A stretch of 64,000 bases of DNA from Planctomycetaceae bacterium (GTDB lineage: Bacteria > Planctomycetota > Planctomycetia > Pirellulales > UBA1268), in NCBI GenBank assembly GCA_947459185.1, contig CANHCU010000001.1, positions 14,463-78,462 of the forward strand, in the 5' to 3' direction. A program made the position numbers and the translations under genes. Positions within the stretch are counted from its first letter, which is position 1. Every line of letters starts with the position of its first letter. Positions 8,446 through 18,398 of this stretch are shown here, piece by piece. The notes beneath the pieces were generated by a model. The model was given only the letters and a program-made list of their open reading frames with translations. It searched no databases and had not been told where the DNA came from.

Positions 8446-10056
8446 CTATGGGACGGGTGTCCCGCGTGCTGTCTTGAGACGTCGCCGCACGCTTGCGAGG
8501 GCGATGGCGATCGCCAGCCCGCCGCAGACGACCGGAAAGGCTTGGCCGATCCGGCTGGCCAGCGTGCGGGTGTTGATCAGGGGCACCTCGGCGACGAGCA
8601 CGTCCTCCACATGGAGCGGCAGCCGCGCGGGGATGGTGCCCAGCGGCGAGACGACGCAGGTCTCGCCCGTTGCCGCGCACCGCAGCAGGCAGCGGCGGTT
8701 TTCCACGGCCCGCAACTGCGCGAGCAGGCGGTGCTGGAGGAGCGTAAGGGTCGCCTTGAACGACGAGCCATTGATCAGCGAGAGCAGCACATTGGCCCCA
8801 TTGTCGGCAAGCGATTCGGCGGCGCTTGGCACCATGTCTTCGTAGCAGAGCATCACGCCCAGCTTTGCCTTGTCGCCAAGCGCCAGCACGGTCGCCGCCG
8901 GACCGACATCGAGGTCGTCGTCCATCGGAAAGTAGTGCCGCAGTTCGGGCATGAACGCAGTGCCCGGGACATATTCGCCAAACGGCATCAGATGCCGCTT
9001 GTGGTAGCAGCCGATGATCTGCTCGGCATCGTCAACGAGGATCGCGGACTGGTAGAGGTCGTTGGGCCGTTCGGGATAGCCGCTGTAGATCTTGCCGCCA
9101 AACAGGAGCGGACAGGCAGGATCGGCCAGCGGCCGCAAGCCCCGCTGCGGTTCCCGCGACTCCGCAAAGATCCGCTCGGGATCGTTGAAGGCGGGGAGCT
9201 TTTCCGAGTAGGAGCCGCCGCTACATTCCGGCCAGCAGATCAGGTCGAAGGGCCTGTCGCGGCCGGCGCATGCCTCCCTCGAGAAACGCTGGAGGTCGTC
9301 GATCGAATCGTCACGGCTGGGATCGACCTGCACGAGCGCCACGCTGAGCTTCGGCGCCGCGGCCATCTGGGCCGACCAGAACTGCATCGCCCATGCGCCG
9401 TAGGCGAGGTTGGCCAGGCAGACCACGACCGCGGCCACGCCCGCTGCCGTCCAGGCCGGGCCGACCGCCGCGTGCCCGCGACGCCAACGGCGGAGCATCT
9501 CCACCACCAGCACGATCACGCCGGCATGGGCATAGAGCACGAAGGTGGCAGCCTCCGGGCCGAGTAGATCGACCGATTGCACGAGCACGGGCCAGGCGAT
9601 CTGGCTGTAGCCGAGTTTCCAGGGAAAGACGCTCGTGACGAAGGCCTCGGTCGCGACGGCGACGAGTGCCGCCGGGAGCCAGGCATTGCGAGGATCGGCG
9701 ACCGTGCGACTGACAAACCAAAAGGGCAGCGACAGCCGCAGGGCATCCCAGAGCACGATCGGCACGGTGAAGGCCAGGCCGATCCCGTAGCTCGACTGGA
9801 TCGCGTCGGCGAGCACGGTGGGTGACCAGTGAAACGCCGTGGCCAGGCTCGTCGCCGCCACGGCCAGCACGAGCGTTTCGCCCCGCCAGCCGCGGAGCGC
9901 GGGGAGACAGACAAGCGCAGCCGCCACACCCAGCCATTCACAGGGCACGAGGTCCTGCCAGAGCCACGGGGTCGCGATCAGCATCGCGATCACCGCCGCC
10001 CCCAGGGCATCCGCCCACCAGGCGGTCTCCGCTCGTTGCCGCTCGAAAACATTCAT
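8446..10056 (-). CDS. lnt: apolipoprotein N-acyltransferase
   Basis: A polytopic N-terminal membrane domain is followed by a CN-hydrolase domain with the E/K/C triad context (ICWPE, HKRHLMPFGEY, VMLCYED). Confidence 0.9.
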   Translation of the reverse strand: MNVFERQRAETAWWADALGAAVIAMLIATPWLWQDLVPCEWLGVAAALVCLPALRGWRGETLVLAVAATSLATAFHWSPTVLADAIQSSYGIGLAFTVPIVLWDALRLSLPFWFVSRTVADPRNAWLPAALVAVATEAFVTSVFPWKLGYSQIAWPVLVQSVDLLGPEAATFVLYAHAGVIVLVVEMLRRWRRGHAAVGPAWTAAGVAAVVVCLANLAYGAWAMQFWSAQMAAAPKLSVALVQVDPSRDDSIDDLQRFSREACAGRDRPFDLICWPECSGGSYSEKLPAFNDPERIFAESREPQRGLRPLADPACPLLFGGKIYSGYPERPNDLYQSAILVDDAEQIIGCYHKRHLMPFGEYVPGTAFMPELRHYFPMDDDLDVGPAATVLALGDKAKLGVMLCYEDMVPSAAESLADNGANVLLSLINGSSFKATLTLLQHRLLAQLRAVENRRCLLRCAATGETCVVSPLGTIPARLPLHVEDVLVAEVPLINTRTLASRIGQAFPVVCGGLAIAIALASVRRRLKTARGTPVP

Positions 10057-10146
10057 ACACCGGTTCTAATCACGAACCCGGGCCCGCACAAACCGCAGGT
10101 CGGCCGGACGTCCGTGTCGTTCCGTCTGGCATGGGACGGGGGCCGC

Positions 10147-10206
10147 AAAAACGAGCGAGCCGGACGGCACTGGCGGGACAAGGCCCACGCACGTGCTGTC
10201 CGGCTC
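10147..10206 (-). terminator. candidate intrinsic terminator downstream of the 10258..10644 gene
   Basis: 14-bp inverted repeat GAGCCGGACGGCAC (10157-10170) / GTGCTGTCCGGCTC (10193-10206) with one mismatch. On the minus strand a TTTTT run follows 5 nt later (10147-10151). The 22-nt loop is large, so this is tentative. Confidence 0.35.
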
Positions 10207-10257
10207 GTGATCTCGTCTGTTTTCAGGCCAGCATTCGGATGGAGGTCCGGACGACGA

Positions 10258-10644
10258 CTAGAAAATCTTCCCCGGGGGGGAGAAGGTCAGAGTCGACGTC
10301 GTCGCGTCGGCCGCAGCCAACAGGTAGACGTACTGGCTCTTCGGGAAGTTGAAGTCCAGCGTCTGCGACACGGCAGCAGTCTGATCCTGAACGAAGGCCT
10401 GGGCAGCCCCCTTCTTGATCGTGAACTGGGCCACGCCGTTGCCAGACACCGTCTTACCGCCCGCTGCCGTCGTAGCCGCACCATTCTTCGCATTCACGAG
10501 CGCCGGCGCGGTGCCGGTGTTCTTGATGCGAACGTACTGGTTGTTCGACTTCGAGCTACCGCCGCTCCGGCCGCCCGCAAACGCGGCGCTGGCCGAAACC
10601 ACCATGGCGACGACCGCCAGGGTGAGGAAAGAACTACGAATCAT
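10258..10644 (-). CDS. small secreted protein, function unknown
   Basis: Signal peptide MIRSSFLTLAVVAMVVSASAAFAGG. ATG 10644 is preferred over 10668 because an AAAGG sits upstream. The gene lies just downstream of the DUF1559 gene on the same strand. Confidence 0.55.
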   Translation of the reverse strand: MIRSSFLTLAVVAMVVSASAAFAGGRSGGSSKSNNQYVRIKNTGTAPALVNAKNGAATTAAGGKTVSGNGVAQFTIKKGAAQAFVQDQTAAVSQTLDFNFPKSQYVYLLAAADATTSTLTFSPPGKIF

Positions 10645-10780
10645 AGGAACCTTTCTTCGAAGAAACATTCACGTGATCACGATCGTGCTGGGCTCAGCAC
10701 GACCGACTACGGGTTGCCCCGCAATGTTGGTGGGCCGGGTCGCCCCGGCGGGTGTATTGGTGTGGGCGTGCCGTGAACTC

Positions 10781-11647
10781 TTAGTTGGCGGTCTCGGTCT
10801 CGGTCTCTCCGCCGGTGCGGGTGCAGATGGCAATCAGCACGCGAACATCGAGCCGGTCGCTGAGGAATGAAATGTGGCCGTCGCCATAGAGGCTGTTGAG
10901 CCCGCCGACGTGGTGACTCCGGAAGGCATCGACGCTTGGGTCGTTGATGACGCGGGAATTGAGCGGGAAGCAGTTGTAGCCGGCGGCCCAACAGGCGTCA
11001 CCGTCCGTGAGCGTGTCGGCACCGCCGGCCATCTCGCGATCGACTGCCTCGGCGACCAGCAGCGTCTTGGAAAGCCCGTCCGAGACCGACGCCGCGGTTG
11101 CCGACAGTTTGTATTCATGATCGGTCGCATAGAGGATCCCGCCGTGTTCATCGCGGGTGGTGAGCGGAACGATCGCCTCGCCGTTGGGCTTGATATAGGC
11201 GCCAAGAATGCCGCCGTAATCCTGCTTGCCGGGGAACTGCTTCACGCCGCTGGGGCAGACATAGGTCGGGATCGTGATGTCCACCTTGGACAGATTGCTG
11301 GCGGGATCATTCCAGGGCTTCGTGTAGTCAATGCGATCCGACACCGCCGACTGTTCCAGGAACGGCAGGATGAACGACGACCAGGCATGCCGGCGCTTGA
11401 TCTGATTGACTCCAAGCGGAAGTTGTTCGTCTCCAGGCGGGAACCGTTTCTTGGCCTGCTCGTAGTTGGTCAGCGCCACGCCCATCTGCTTGAGATTGTT
11501 GGCGCACTGCATCTTGCGGCCCGACTCGCGGGACCGCTGCACGGCTGGCAGCAGCAGGCCAATCAGCGTCCCGATAATGGCGAGTACCGCGAGCAGTTCG
11601 ACGAGTGTAAAGCCACTCGGTGTGAGGCGTTGGGCGGTGGTTTTCAT
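10781..11647 (-). CDS. DUF1559 domain protein with prepilin-type N-terminal cleavage/methylation motif
   Basis: GFTLVELLAVLAIIGTLIGLLLPAVQ is a type IV pilin-like N-terminus. The C-terminal H-x9-DG (HVGGLNSLYGDG) is the hallmark of the planctomycetal DUF1559 family. Confidence 0.9.
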   Translation of the reverse strand: MKTTAQRLTPSGFTLVELLAVLAIIGTLIGLLLPAVQRSRESGRKMQCANNLKQMGVALTNYEQAKKRFPPGDEQLPLGVNQIKRRHAWSSFILPFLEQSAVSDRIDYTKPWNDPASNLSKVDITIPTYVCPSGVKQFPGKQDYGGILGAYIKPNGEAIVPLTTRDEHGGILYATDHEYKLSATAASVSDGLSKTLLVAEAVDREMAGGADTLTDGDACWAAGYNCFPLNSRVINDPSVDAFRSHHVGGLNSLYGDGHISFLSDRLDVRVLIAICTRTGGETETETAN

Positions 11648-11874
11648 GGCTACATTTCTCGGGGCGGAAACGCCTCTGTTAAGATGCGTAGGATACGACG
11701 GCTATTGGGGGGGTCAAGCTCGCGGAACGGATTTCTCGTAAAACACGATGTTTAGCAGATTTTCATTTTGGCGAGGAGGCGAGCAAAATGCCCATCTGTC
11801 GAATCTAAGCTACGTGTCACCAATGACTTACGTACAGCATGAATGCCTTGAGCGGGCCCCAAGGCAAGGTCAGA

Positions 11875-12660
11875 TCAGATGATCCTGAAGCTGGTTGCGG
11901 CACCGGCAGCGAGCGGGTTGCCGGCCCGGTCCACAACGCCTGGCCTCACGAACGACAGGGTATAGGTTCCGGGCTCTGCGAGCGTGAGTTGTTCCTGGAA
12001 CGTAAATGTCCTTCCGTCAGGGGACTGGGACATTGTGATCAACCCGACGTAGGGCCGGGCACGCACGTCGTTGATGGCCACGTTGGGTATTGTGACTCCA
12101 GACTGCGTCCGGCCGGAAAGGATCAGGTTGGACGCCCGCACCCCTGACACGGGCTCGGAGAATGTCACTGTCGCGCGGCCATTGACCGAGTCGTAGGTCA
12201 GGCTCGCCGTGGGCGGAGTGGGATCGACGGCCATCCACATGGGAGTCGCCGTGCTCCAGACGCTCCCGGCACCGACCGCATACGCTGTCATTGTGTGGGC
12301 ACCGGTTGTGAGTTGCCGGGCTGCGGGCGTCGCCAGGCTCCAGGCCCCACGCACCGTGGCCGTGGTGATGCCGAGCAGCTGCCCATCGGCATAGACGACC
12401 ACGCTCGAACGAGGGGAGGCCGTGCCGGTAAACACAGGCCTTGCGAGTCGTGTGATGCCGTCACCCAAGACACCGGTATCGCTCGCTGCCGCCAGCCTGA
12501 TGGATGGCGCCGCCACCGTCAGCGCCATCCGCTGTTCGAGCGACTCAAGGCCCATCGTCGCTTCTCGGCTCCTCAGCCCGGCGGCGGCCCGATGTCGCCG
12601 AGCAGGCCTCGTGGCGGCGACACATGTGCGGACGATGGACTGCAGGAGAGACAACGGCAT
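11875..12660 (-). CDS. extracellular Ig-like domain protein
   Basis: The Arg-rich N-terminus ends in LESLEQRMALTV, followed by two beta-rich segments of Big/Ig-like character (TGTASPRSSVVVYADGQLLG...; TVTFSEPVSGV). Confidence 0.6.
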   Translation of the reverse strand: MPLSLLQSIVRTCVAATRPARRHRAAAGLRSREATMGLESLEQRMALTVAAPSIRLAAASDTGVLGDGITRLARPVFTGTASPRSSVVVYADGQLLGITTATVRGAWSLATPAARQLTTGAHTMTAYAVGAGSVWSTATPMWMAVDPTPPTASLTYDSVNGRATVTFSEPVSGVRASNLILSGRTQSGVTIPNVAINDVRARPYVGLITMSQSPDGRTFTFQEQLTLAEPGTYTLSFVRPGVVDRAGNPLAAGAATSFRII

Positions 12661-13072
12661 AGGGCACCTCAGGAATAGAAACGAGGTCGAGAACGGACTG
12701 GCTGCGAATATGGGTGGTCTGCGTGAACGGCGGAACCGATCCTACGGCAGACACCACCCCAAAGTTTGAGGTAGCAGCCATTTTCAACCGGGACAGGCCC
12801 AAGTCAAGGAACAGGCCACCCGATATTCCGGGGCAAAAAGCCCTGAAAAGCAGTTCTTTGTCGCAAGCGGGCCGTGCCGGTTTCCCTCCGGACACGTCGG
12901 GTGAATTGCTTCCAGCGACACGGTTTCGTCGGCAAATGGCTGTTTTTTCGCTGTGTTTGCAGGCAAAAGTGGCGAACGTATGATCGCCCTGCGGCATTTT
13001 CAGCGGCGATTCCCCCTCAAGCGATTCCCTTGATCTGGCGGCTTCCGGCCCGGATTTGGAACGGACACATTC

Positions 13073-14047
13073 ATGAACGTCCTCGTCACCGGCGGCGCCG
13101 GATTCATTGGCAGCCACATTGTCGATGGGCTCGTGGCGGCCGGACATCGCGTCGAGGTGCTCGACGACCTCTCCACCGGCTCGCGGGATAACCTGCCCGC
13201 TGGCGTGCCGCTGCATGTCGCCGACATCGTCGATCCGGCGGCCGTGGCCCGCGTGTTCGATGCGGCACGGCCCCATGCGGTCTGCCATCAGGCGGCGCAG
13301 ATGTCGGTCAGCCGGTCGGTCCGCGATCCGCTCTTCGACGCCCAGGTCAACTGCATCGGCCTGATCAACGTGCTCGAGGCTGCGGCTAGGCATCACTGCC
13401 GGCGGGTTGTCTTCGCTTCAAGCGGTGGCGTCCTCTATGGAGAGGTGACGGCGCCGGCACCCGAATCGACGCCTGCCAATCCGGTCAGCCCCTACGGCAT
13501 CACCAAGTGGGTGGGGGAGCGGTATCTGAAGTTCTTTGCCGAAGAGCACCGGATGGCGACGGTGGCCCTCCGCTATTCCAATGTCTACGGTCCGCGGCAG
13601 AACCCGCACGGCGAGGCGGGGGTGGTGGCGATCTTCTGCAAGAAGCTTCTGGCGGGCGAACCGGCCCGCGTCAACGGCGACGGCCATTACATCCGCGACT
13701 ATGTCTTCGGCCCTGACGTGGCCCGGGCCAACGTGCTGGCCCTGACGGCCGACCTGCCCACCGTGGTGCCGGGCACGCTCACGAGCCTCAACATTGGCAC
13801 CGGCCTCGGAGCCGACGTCAATGACCTCGAGGCGATGATTCGCACCGCTGTCGGCGACGCCCTCAGCCGTCGTGGTCGGCGGGTGACGCTGCCGCTTCCG
13901 GAGCACGGGCCGGCCCGACCCGGTGACCTGCGGACGAATCTCGTCGATGCGACCTCTGCCGGCGATCTGCTCGGCTGGAAGCCGACAGTCGGGCTCGCCG
14001 ATGGGCTAGCCCTGACGGCGGAGTGGTTCGCGGCCCAGACTGCCTAG
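13073..14047 (+). CDS. NAD-dependent epimerase/dehydratase (UDP-glucose 4-epimerase-like)
   Basis: MNVLVTGGAGFIGSHIVDGL Rossmann motif, YGITK catalytic region and the YSNVYGPRQ motif of extended SDRs. Confidence 0.85.
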   Translation: MNVLVTGGAGFIGSHIVDGLVAAGHRVEVLDDLSTGSRDNLPAGVPLHVADIVDPAAVARVFDAARPHAVCHQAAQMSVSRSVRDPLFDAQVNCIGLINVLEAAARHHCRRVVFASSGGVLYGEVTAPAPESTPANPVSPYGITKWVGERYLKFFAEEHRMATVALRYSNVYGPRQNPHGEAGVVAIFCKKLLAGEPARVNGDGHYIRDYVFGPDVARANVLALTADLPTVVPGTLTSLNIGTGLGADVNDLEAMIRTAVGDALSRRGRRVTLPLPEHGPARPGDLRTNLVDATSAGDLLGWKPTVGLADGLALTAEWFAAQTA

Positions 14048-14081
14048 TCGGCATGCACGGCAACTGGTCGTTGGGCAGTGG

Positions 14082-15128
14082 TCACTCGTTCGTCAGACCG
14101 TCCAACGCCCCGGTCGCCATCCGCTGACGGAGTGACGGCGACTCTATGTAGGGCGGAAAGCGATGGCTCTTGCCGACGATCGGCGCGGCATCGACCTGGA
14201 CGAACTCGATTCCCGGCGGAATCCAACGCGAGGGCATGTGCTCGTGCCCGAGGGCTTCGGCTCCCAGAGCAGGGTCGATGAATTCGAAGAATCGCAGGGC
14301 CTGATCCCGCGTGTTGTTCAAGAGCGTCAGCCGATTGACGCTACGCAGCACTTTCCGGTATTCGCCGCACGGCGCCAAAGCGTCTTGTTGCACCGCCGAC
14401 GCTACGAGCACGAGGTGCAGTCTCGCAGAGCGGTCGAGCCACGGCTGCAGGTTTGCGCGGCCCGACTGCTCGGCAGTGATGAGGTTGTCGAGAGCCTCCA
14501 GGGCGATCAGGCCACCGTAGCTGTAGGCCACGATTGCCACGGGCCGATCGGGCTCCACCTGACCGAGCAGCCACGCCAGGTAGTGCCCTTCCGTCATCGA
14601 TCGCTCGTATTTGGCACGACTGTCCCGCAGCAGGTGGCCCTCACGGGAACTCGGCCACGAGAAGATCACGGTGCGGGCGGCAGAAGCGTCGGGATGGCAG
14701 GCCGCCAGCCGGCGGGCCACGAGCAGCCCCTGCGACTTTGCGTCGGCCGACTCGTAGCGGTTGCCGTGGATGAAGACCACGAGCGGCCGCTGCGGTTCGT
14801 TAAGCAGGCTCGGCAGGTCAGAGGGCATCCAGCGGCTGCACGCCGCATCGCGAACGAGTCGCTCCACGCCGAATGTCACATTCGCTGGCGTGCGGCTGAT
14901 GTCGGGAAGACGTCGCGTGCTGACGACCCAGACGTCGTCGCCACCGCCCGCCGGGTTGTCTGCCGCGACGGGAACGTCGGCCGATGGAGACGCCTCGACC
15001 CTCATGCCGCAGCAGCACACGAAAACGACCGCCGTCAGGGCCAGGCATGGTTTGAATGCAGCGAAAAGACGCACGACAGCTACCGAATGTATGGAAGGCC
15101 AGCCCGAGCCGCGACGCGGCCTATTCAT
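14082..15128 (-). CDS. alpha/beta hydrolase (DUF900-like), membrane-anchored or secreted
   Basis: VVFIHGNRYESADAKSQG plus the nucleophile-elbow-like IVAYSYGG. The N-terminus has a hydrophobic segment. Confidence 0.6.
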   Translation of the reverse strand: MNRPRRGSGWPSIHSVAVVRLFAAFKPCLALTAVVFVCCCGMRVEASPSADVPVAADNPAGGGDDVWVVSTRRLPDISRTPANVTFGVERLVRDAACSRWMPSDLPSLLNEPQRPLVVFIHGNRYESADAKSQGLLVARRLAACHPDASAARTVIFSWPSSREGHLLRDSRAKYERSMTEGHYLAWLLGQVEPDRPVAIVAYSYGGLIALEALDNLITAEQSGRANLQPWLDRSARLHLVLVASAVQQDALAPCGEYRKVLRSVNRLTLLNNTRDQALRFFEFIDPALGAEALGHEHMPSRWIPPGIEFVQVDAAPIVGKSHRFPPYIESPSLRQRMATGALDGLTNE

Positions 15129-15419
15129 CGACTGTTCCCAACAATAGCACGTATTTTACGGCAGCGACCGCTGCCGAATCGCATGGCCGAATCGCACGGC
15201 CGACGGGCCGGGCCATCCAGCGCATTCGCTACGGCCGTATGCCATCGGCAGGGTCGGCGGAAAGGGCCGCGGCCGGCCGAGAAATTTTTTGGAGAAAGTG
15301 AGCCGCCGATCCGACCGAGCAGCGGATCGTGAGCTAGGTTTTGGCAGGCGTCGTCGCGGACGACGCATCGTGTCCGACTGCGGGGCTTCCTCGGCCCGGC
15401 GGTGGTGGAGATCCCAATC

Positions 15420-15719
15420 ATGTCCCGTACCCTGTGCCTCGTGATTGCCCTGGGCAGCCTCGCAGCCGCTCCGGGCTGCAGCAGTTGTTTTGGCGGTGCG
15501 AACAGCTGCCGTCGCCCGTCGTTCATGGAGTTCCGCTCGCCGTGTGCGGGAGGTGCCGCGCCCTGTGCGGCCCCGCAAGCTCAGCCCTGCCAGCCCGCCT
15601 GCGGGGCGCCGATGCAAGAGCCGGCATGTGGGCCAGCATGCGGCTCGTGCGGCGAAGGCGGGGGCATGATGTCGCCGTCGTCGTCGCCGGTCATGGTCGA
15701 GCCGGGGACATTTAGCTGA
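15420..15719 (+). CDS. small Cys/Pro/Met-rich lipoprotein
   Basis: Signal plus lipobox MSRTLCLVIALGSLAAAPGC, then 10 further Cys in PC/AC dipeptide contexts and a GGGMMSPSSSPVMVEPG tail. GGTGGAG lies upstream of the ATG. Confidence 0.5.
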   Translation: MSRTLCLVIALGSLAAAPGCSSCFGGANSCRRPSFMEFRSPCAGGAAPCAAPQAQPCQPACGAPMQEPACGPACGSCGEGGGMMSPSSSPVMVEPGTFS

Positions 15720-15922
15720 TCGATGACGGGGCGGTTCGGCCGCCCCTCCGGTGATGCGCCGCTCTTGCCGGCCAAGCGTCGGGCAAGCAGCACGCAGTGT
15801 GCCTGCTCCCGATTCGAGCGGCTCGTCACCGGCGGGGCGGTCGGCTCGGCACCACAGGTGCCGGCGCCCCCGTATTCCCGCGATTTCCATGATTACGCTG
15901 CGGGCGTCGATGGGCGGCATTC

Positions 15923-16012
15923 TCATGCAAGCCCGACGCGCGAGCGAGGGAATCCGCGTCACTTCCTCGTAACGCCCCGGCATTCCCTTGCTTGCGCTGC
16001 GGGCTTGGATGG
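15923..16012. repeat. intergenic palindromic repeat locus B (type2 inverted, type1 +)
   Basis: TCATGCAAGCCCGACGCGCGAGCGAGGGAAT at 15923-15953 and ATTCCCTTGCTTGCGCTGCGGGCTTGGATGG at 15982-16012, upstream of ffh. Confidence 0.9.
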
Positions 16013-16076
16013 AACCGGAAAAACGCTTCCGCCCCCGGTATACTCTCGGCTCACGTTTTCCCTTCACGGAGCCGCC

Positions 16077-17543
16077 ATGTTTGAGTCGCTGACCGCCTCG
16101 CTCTCCTCCGCCTTGAACACCCTGCGGGGCCGCGGCAAGCTCACCGAAGCGAACATGCGCGAGGGGCTCTCGGGGGTCCGGACGGCACTTTTGGAAGCGG
16201 ACGTCGCCTATGACGTCGTCGAGACATTTCTGTCGCGAGTGGTTGACGATGCGGTTGGGGCCAAGGTGCTCGAGTCACTCGATCCGGCCCAGCAGCTCGT
16301 CGGCATCGTGCACCAGGAACTGGTCAATCTGATGGGACCGGTGGACCACTCGCTCCACCTCCAGCCGGGCAAGACCACCATCCTGATGCTCTGCGGTCTA
16401 CAGGGCTCGGGCAAGACGACCTCCTGCGGCAAGCTGGCGAAGCGGATCAAGGAGCAGGGGCGGGGCGTGATGCTCGTCGCTGCCGACCTTCAGCGTCCGG
16501 CGGCCATCGAGCAGTTGGCGGTGCTGGGCCGGCAGATCGGCGTGCCGGTGCACGTGCCGGACGGGGTCACCGATCCGGTGGCTGTCTGCCGCGCTGGCGT
16601 GGATCGTGCGGAGAAAGAAGGCATCTCCGTTGTCATCCTCGACACGGCCGGCCGCCTCTCGATCGACGAGGCCCTGATGCAGGAACTCACGAAAATCGAC
16701 CGCACCGTGGGCCCCGACCAGGTCTACCTCGTGGTCGATGCCATGACCGGGCAGGATGCCGTGAAAAGCGCCAAGGCCTTTAACGAAGCGCTCGAACTCG
16801 ACGGCGTCATCATGACGAAGCTCGACGGCGACGCCCGCGGCGGAGCCGCCTTGTCGGTGAAGACCGTGACAGGGGTGCCGATCAAGTTTGTCGGCACCGG
16901 CGAGCAGATCGACGCCCTGGAGGATTTTCACGCCGAGCGGATGGCGGGGCGGATTCTCGGCATGGGTGACGTCGTCACGCTCGTCGAAGAAGCGCAGCGG
17001 AAGTTTGACCAGGACGAGATGAAGCGGCAGGAGGAACGGCTCCGCGCGGGTGAATTCACGCTCGACGACTTCAAGAAGGTGCTCATGCAGACCCGCCGCC
17101 TGGGCCCACTGGGCAAGGTGCTCGGCATGATCCCCGGTATGGGCGGCATGCAGGAGATGCTCGCAGGCAACGACCTCGACAAGGACGTCAATCGTCTCTT
17201 CGGCATCATCGATGCGATGACGCCTGCCGAGCGGCGGAACCCATCGCGCGTGGTCGATCAGTCGCGCCGCCGCCGCATCGCCGTAGGGGCGGGCGTCGAT
17301 CCGCGAGAGGTGAGCGATCTGGTCAAGCAGTTTGATGGCATGAGCGCGATGATGAAGGGCATGGCTGGGCTGGGCATGCGAGACCGTCTGCGTGAGGTGC
17401 AGCGGCTGCAGACGCAGTTGACCAATCCCGCCGGGCGGCTCGGCAGGCCGAAGGGTGACACGGGTAAGCGGCTCACCGCCGATGAACGCCGCAAGCAGAA
17501 GAAGCAGCGCGAGAAGGACGCCCGCCGCAAAAAGCGAGGGTAG
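16077..17543 (+). CDS. ffh: signal recognition particle protein Ffh
   Basis: [28 protein letters not shown]-domain, [10 protein letters not shown]1 motif, DTAGR motif and a Met-rich M domain. The upstream in-frame extension (15723-16076) reads through repeat units and is rejected. Confidence 0.95.
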   Translation: MFESLTASLSSALNTLRGRGKLTEANMREGLSGVRTALLEADVAYDVVETFLSRVVDDAVGAKVLESLDPAQQLVGIVHQELVNLMGPVDHSLHLQPGKTTILMLCGLQGSGKTTSCGKLAKRIKEQGRGVMLVAADLQRPAAIEQLAVLGRQIGVPVHVPDGVTDPVAVCRAGVDRAEKEGISVVILDTAGRLSIDEALMQELTKIDRTVGPDQVYLVVDAMTGQDAVKSAKAFNEALELDGVIMTKLDGDARGGAALSVKTVTGVPIKFVGTGEQIDALEDFHAERMAGRILGMGDVVTLVEEAQRKFDQDEMKRQEERLRAGEFTLDDFKKVLMQTRRLGPLGKVLGMIPGMGGMQEMLAGNDLDKDVNRLFGIIDAMTPAERRNPSRVVDQSRRRRIAVGAGVDPREVSDLVKQFDGMSAMMKGMAGLGMRDRLREVQRLQTQLTNPAGRLGRPKGDTGKRLTADERRKQKKQREKDARRKKRG

Positions 17544-17553
17544 GTCGCTCCCT

Positions 17554-17585
17554 CCCATGCAAGCCTGAAGCGCGAGCGAGGGAAT
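17554..17585. repeat. intergenic repeat locus C (single type2 unit, inverted)
   Basis: CCCATGCAAGCCTGAAGCGCGAGCGAGGGAAT lies 11 nt after the ffh stop. Confidence 0.85.
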
Positions 17586-17831
17586 CGGTATTCGGGCAGC
17601 CGGGATCGGCGGAAGCTCGAGGAGCTTTTGGATTTTTCGCCCTGATCGGGAAAGCACGACCAACGCCCTTGATGGCGAAAAAGCCACCGCGACGAGACTT
17701 CTGCCGATCCCGGCGGCGTCGATTCCCGCAAAAACACCGGAAAAACCGGGGTCTGCAAGGTGGGCTTGGGTTCCGGCGCCGGTCGGGTACGCTAAGGGGC
17801 TCGATCAATCATTTCCGAGGAGACTCTGACC

Positions 17832-18320
17832 GTGGCTGTGGCGATTCGAATGAAGCGGATGGGCCGGAAGAACCGTGCCTTCTACAGAATCTGTGCGACC
17901 GACCGGCGGAGCCCGCGAGACGGCCGCGTCATCGAGGTGCTCGGCACCTACGATACGTCCGTTCCCGATACCGATGCCCGCTGTCTGCTCGACAACGACC
18001 GCGTGGCCTACTGGCTGAGCGTTGGCGCCCAGCCGAGCGATGCCGTCCGCGTGCTCGTGAAGAAGTACGGCAAGAACGGCACGCGGCTCAAGGAAATGGA
18101 GCAGGCCCGCGCCAAGCTCTCCATGCCCAGGATTGTGCCCGAAGCCGGTGAGCCGGTGTTTGTGCCCGAGCCCAAGTCGGTGCCGGGTGCGGCCGCTCCG
18201 GTTGCGGAAGCCGCGGCACCTGTCGAAGCTGCCCCCGAATCGATTGCAGATGTCCCGGTGGCCGAAGCGTCCAGCCCCGCTGTCGAAGGTGGTGGGGAAA
18301 CGCAGCCGGAGCAAGCCTGA
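17832..18320 (+). CDS. rpsP: 30S ribosomal protein S16 with Pro/Ala/Glu-rich C-terminal extension
   Basis: GTG start preceded by GAGGAG. (M)AVAIRMKRMGRKNRAFYRICATDRRSPRDGRVIEVLGTYD is the S16 core. About 75 extra low-complexity residues follow. Confidence 0.9.
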   Translation: MAVAIRMKRMGRKNRAFYRICATDRRSPRDGRVIEVLGTYDTSVPDTDARCLLDNDRVAYWLSVGAQPSDAVRVLVKKYGKNGTRLKEMEQARAKLSMPRIVPEAGEPVFVPEPKSVPGAAAPVAEAAAPVEAAPESIADVPVAEASSPAVEGGGETQPEQA

Positions 18321-18398
18321 CCAAGCCGGGCCACGCCATTTGCTGTTCTCTCTCCTGCCGTTGTTTCCCCTGCCGTTTCTGTGGCCTCTGCGATTCTC

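Noticed and set aside
8306-8845. Short ORFs that translate the repeats (peptides containing [10 protein letters not shown] or ALRAWM), for example 8306..8845, 21787..21993, 21935..22603, 23970..24242 and 41027..41830
   Set aside because: Their starts arise from the GGATGG inside the repeat unit, and the same peptide appears in all frames and orientations. This is a repeat artefact, not a protein family.
12661-13072. 412-nt lower-GC intergenic region examined for an ncRNA or small gene (ORFs 12714..12983 and 12784..12966)
   Set aside because: I found no convincing stem-loops, conserved motifs or protein-like ORF composition. It is most simply the divergent promoter region of the Ig-like and epimerase genes.
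15723-16076. 118-codon N-terminal extension of ffh, and similar extensions of the P-type ATPase (24094-24177), clpP2 (54170-54376), the CPFC paralogue (42446-42859) and the urea-type SBP (44546-45007)
   Set aside because: The extensions read through intergenic repeat units or overlap the upstream gene. Canonical N-termini or signal peptides begin at the internal starts.
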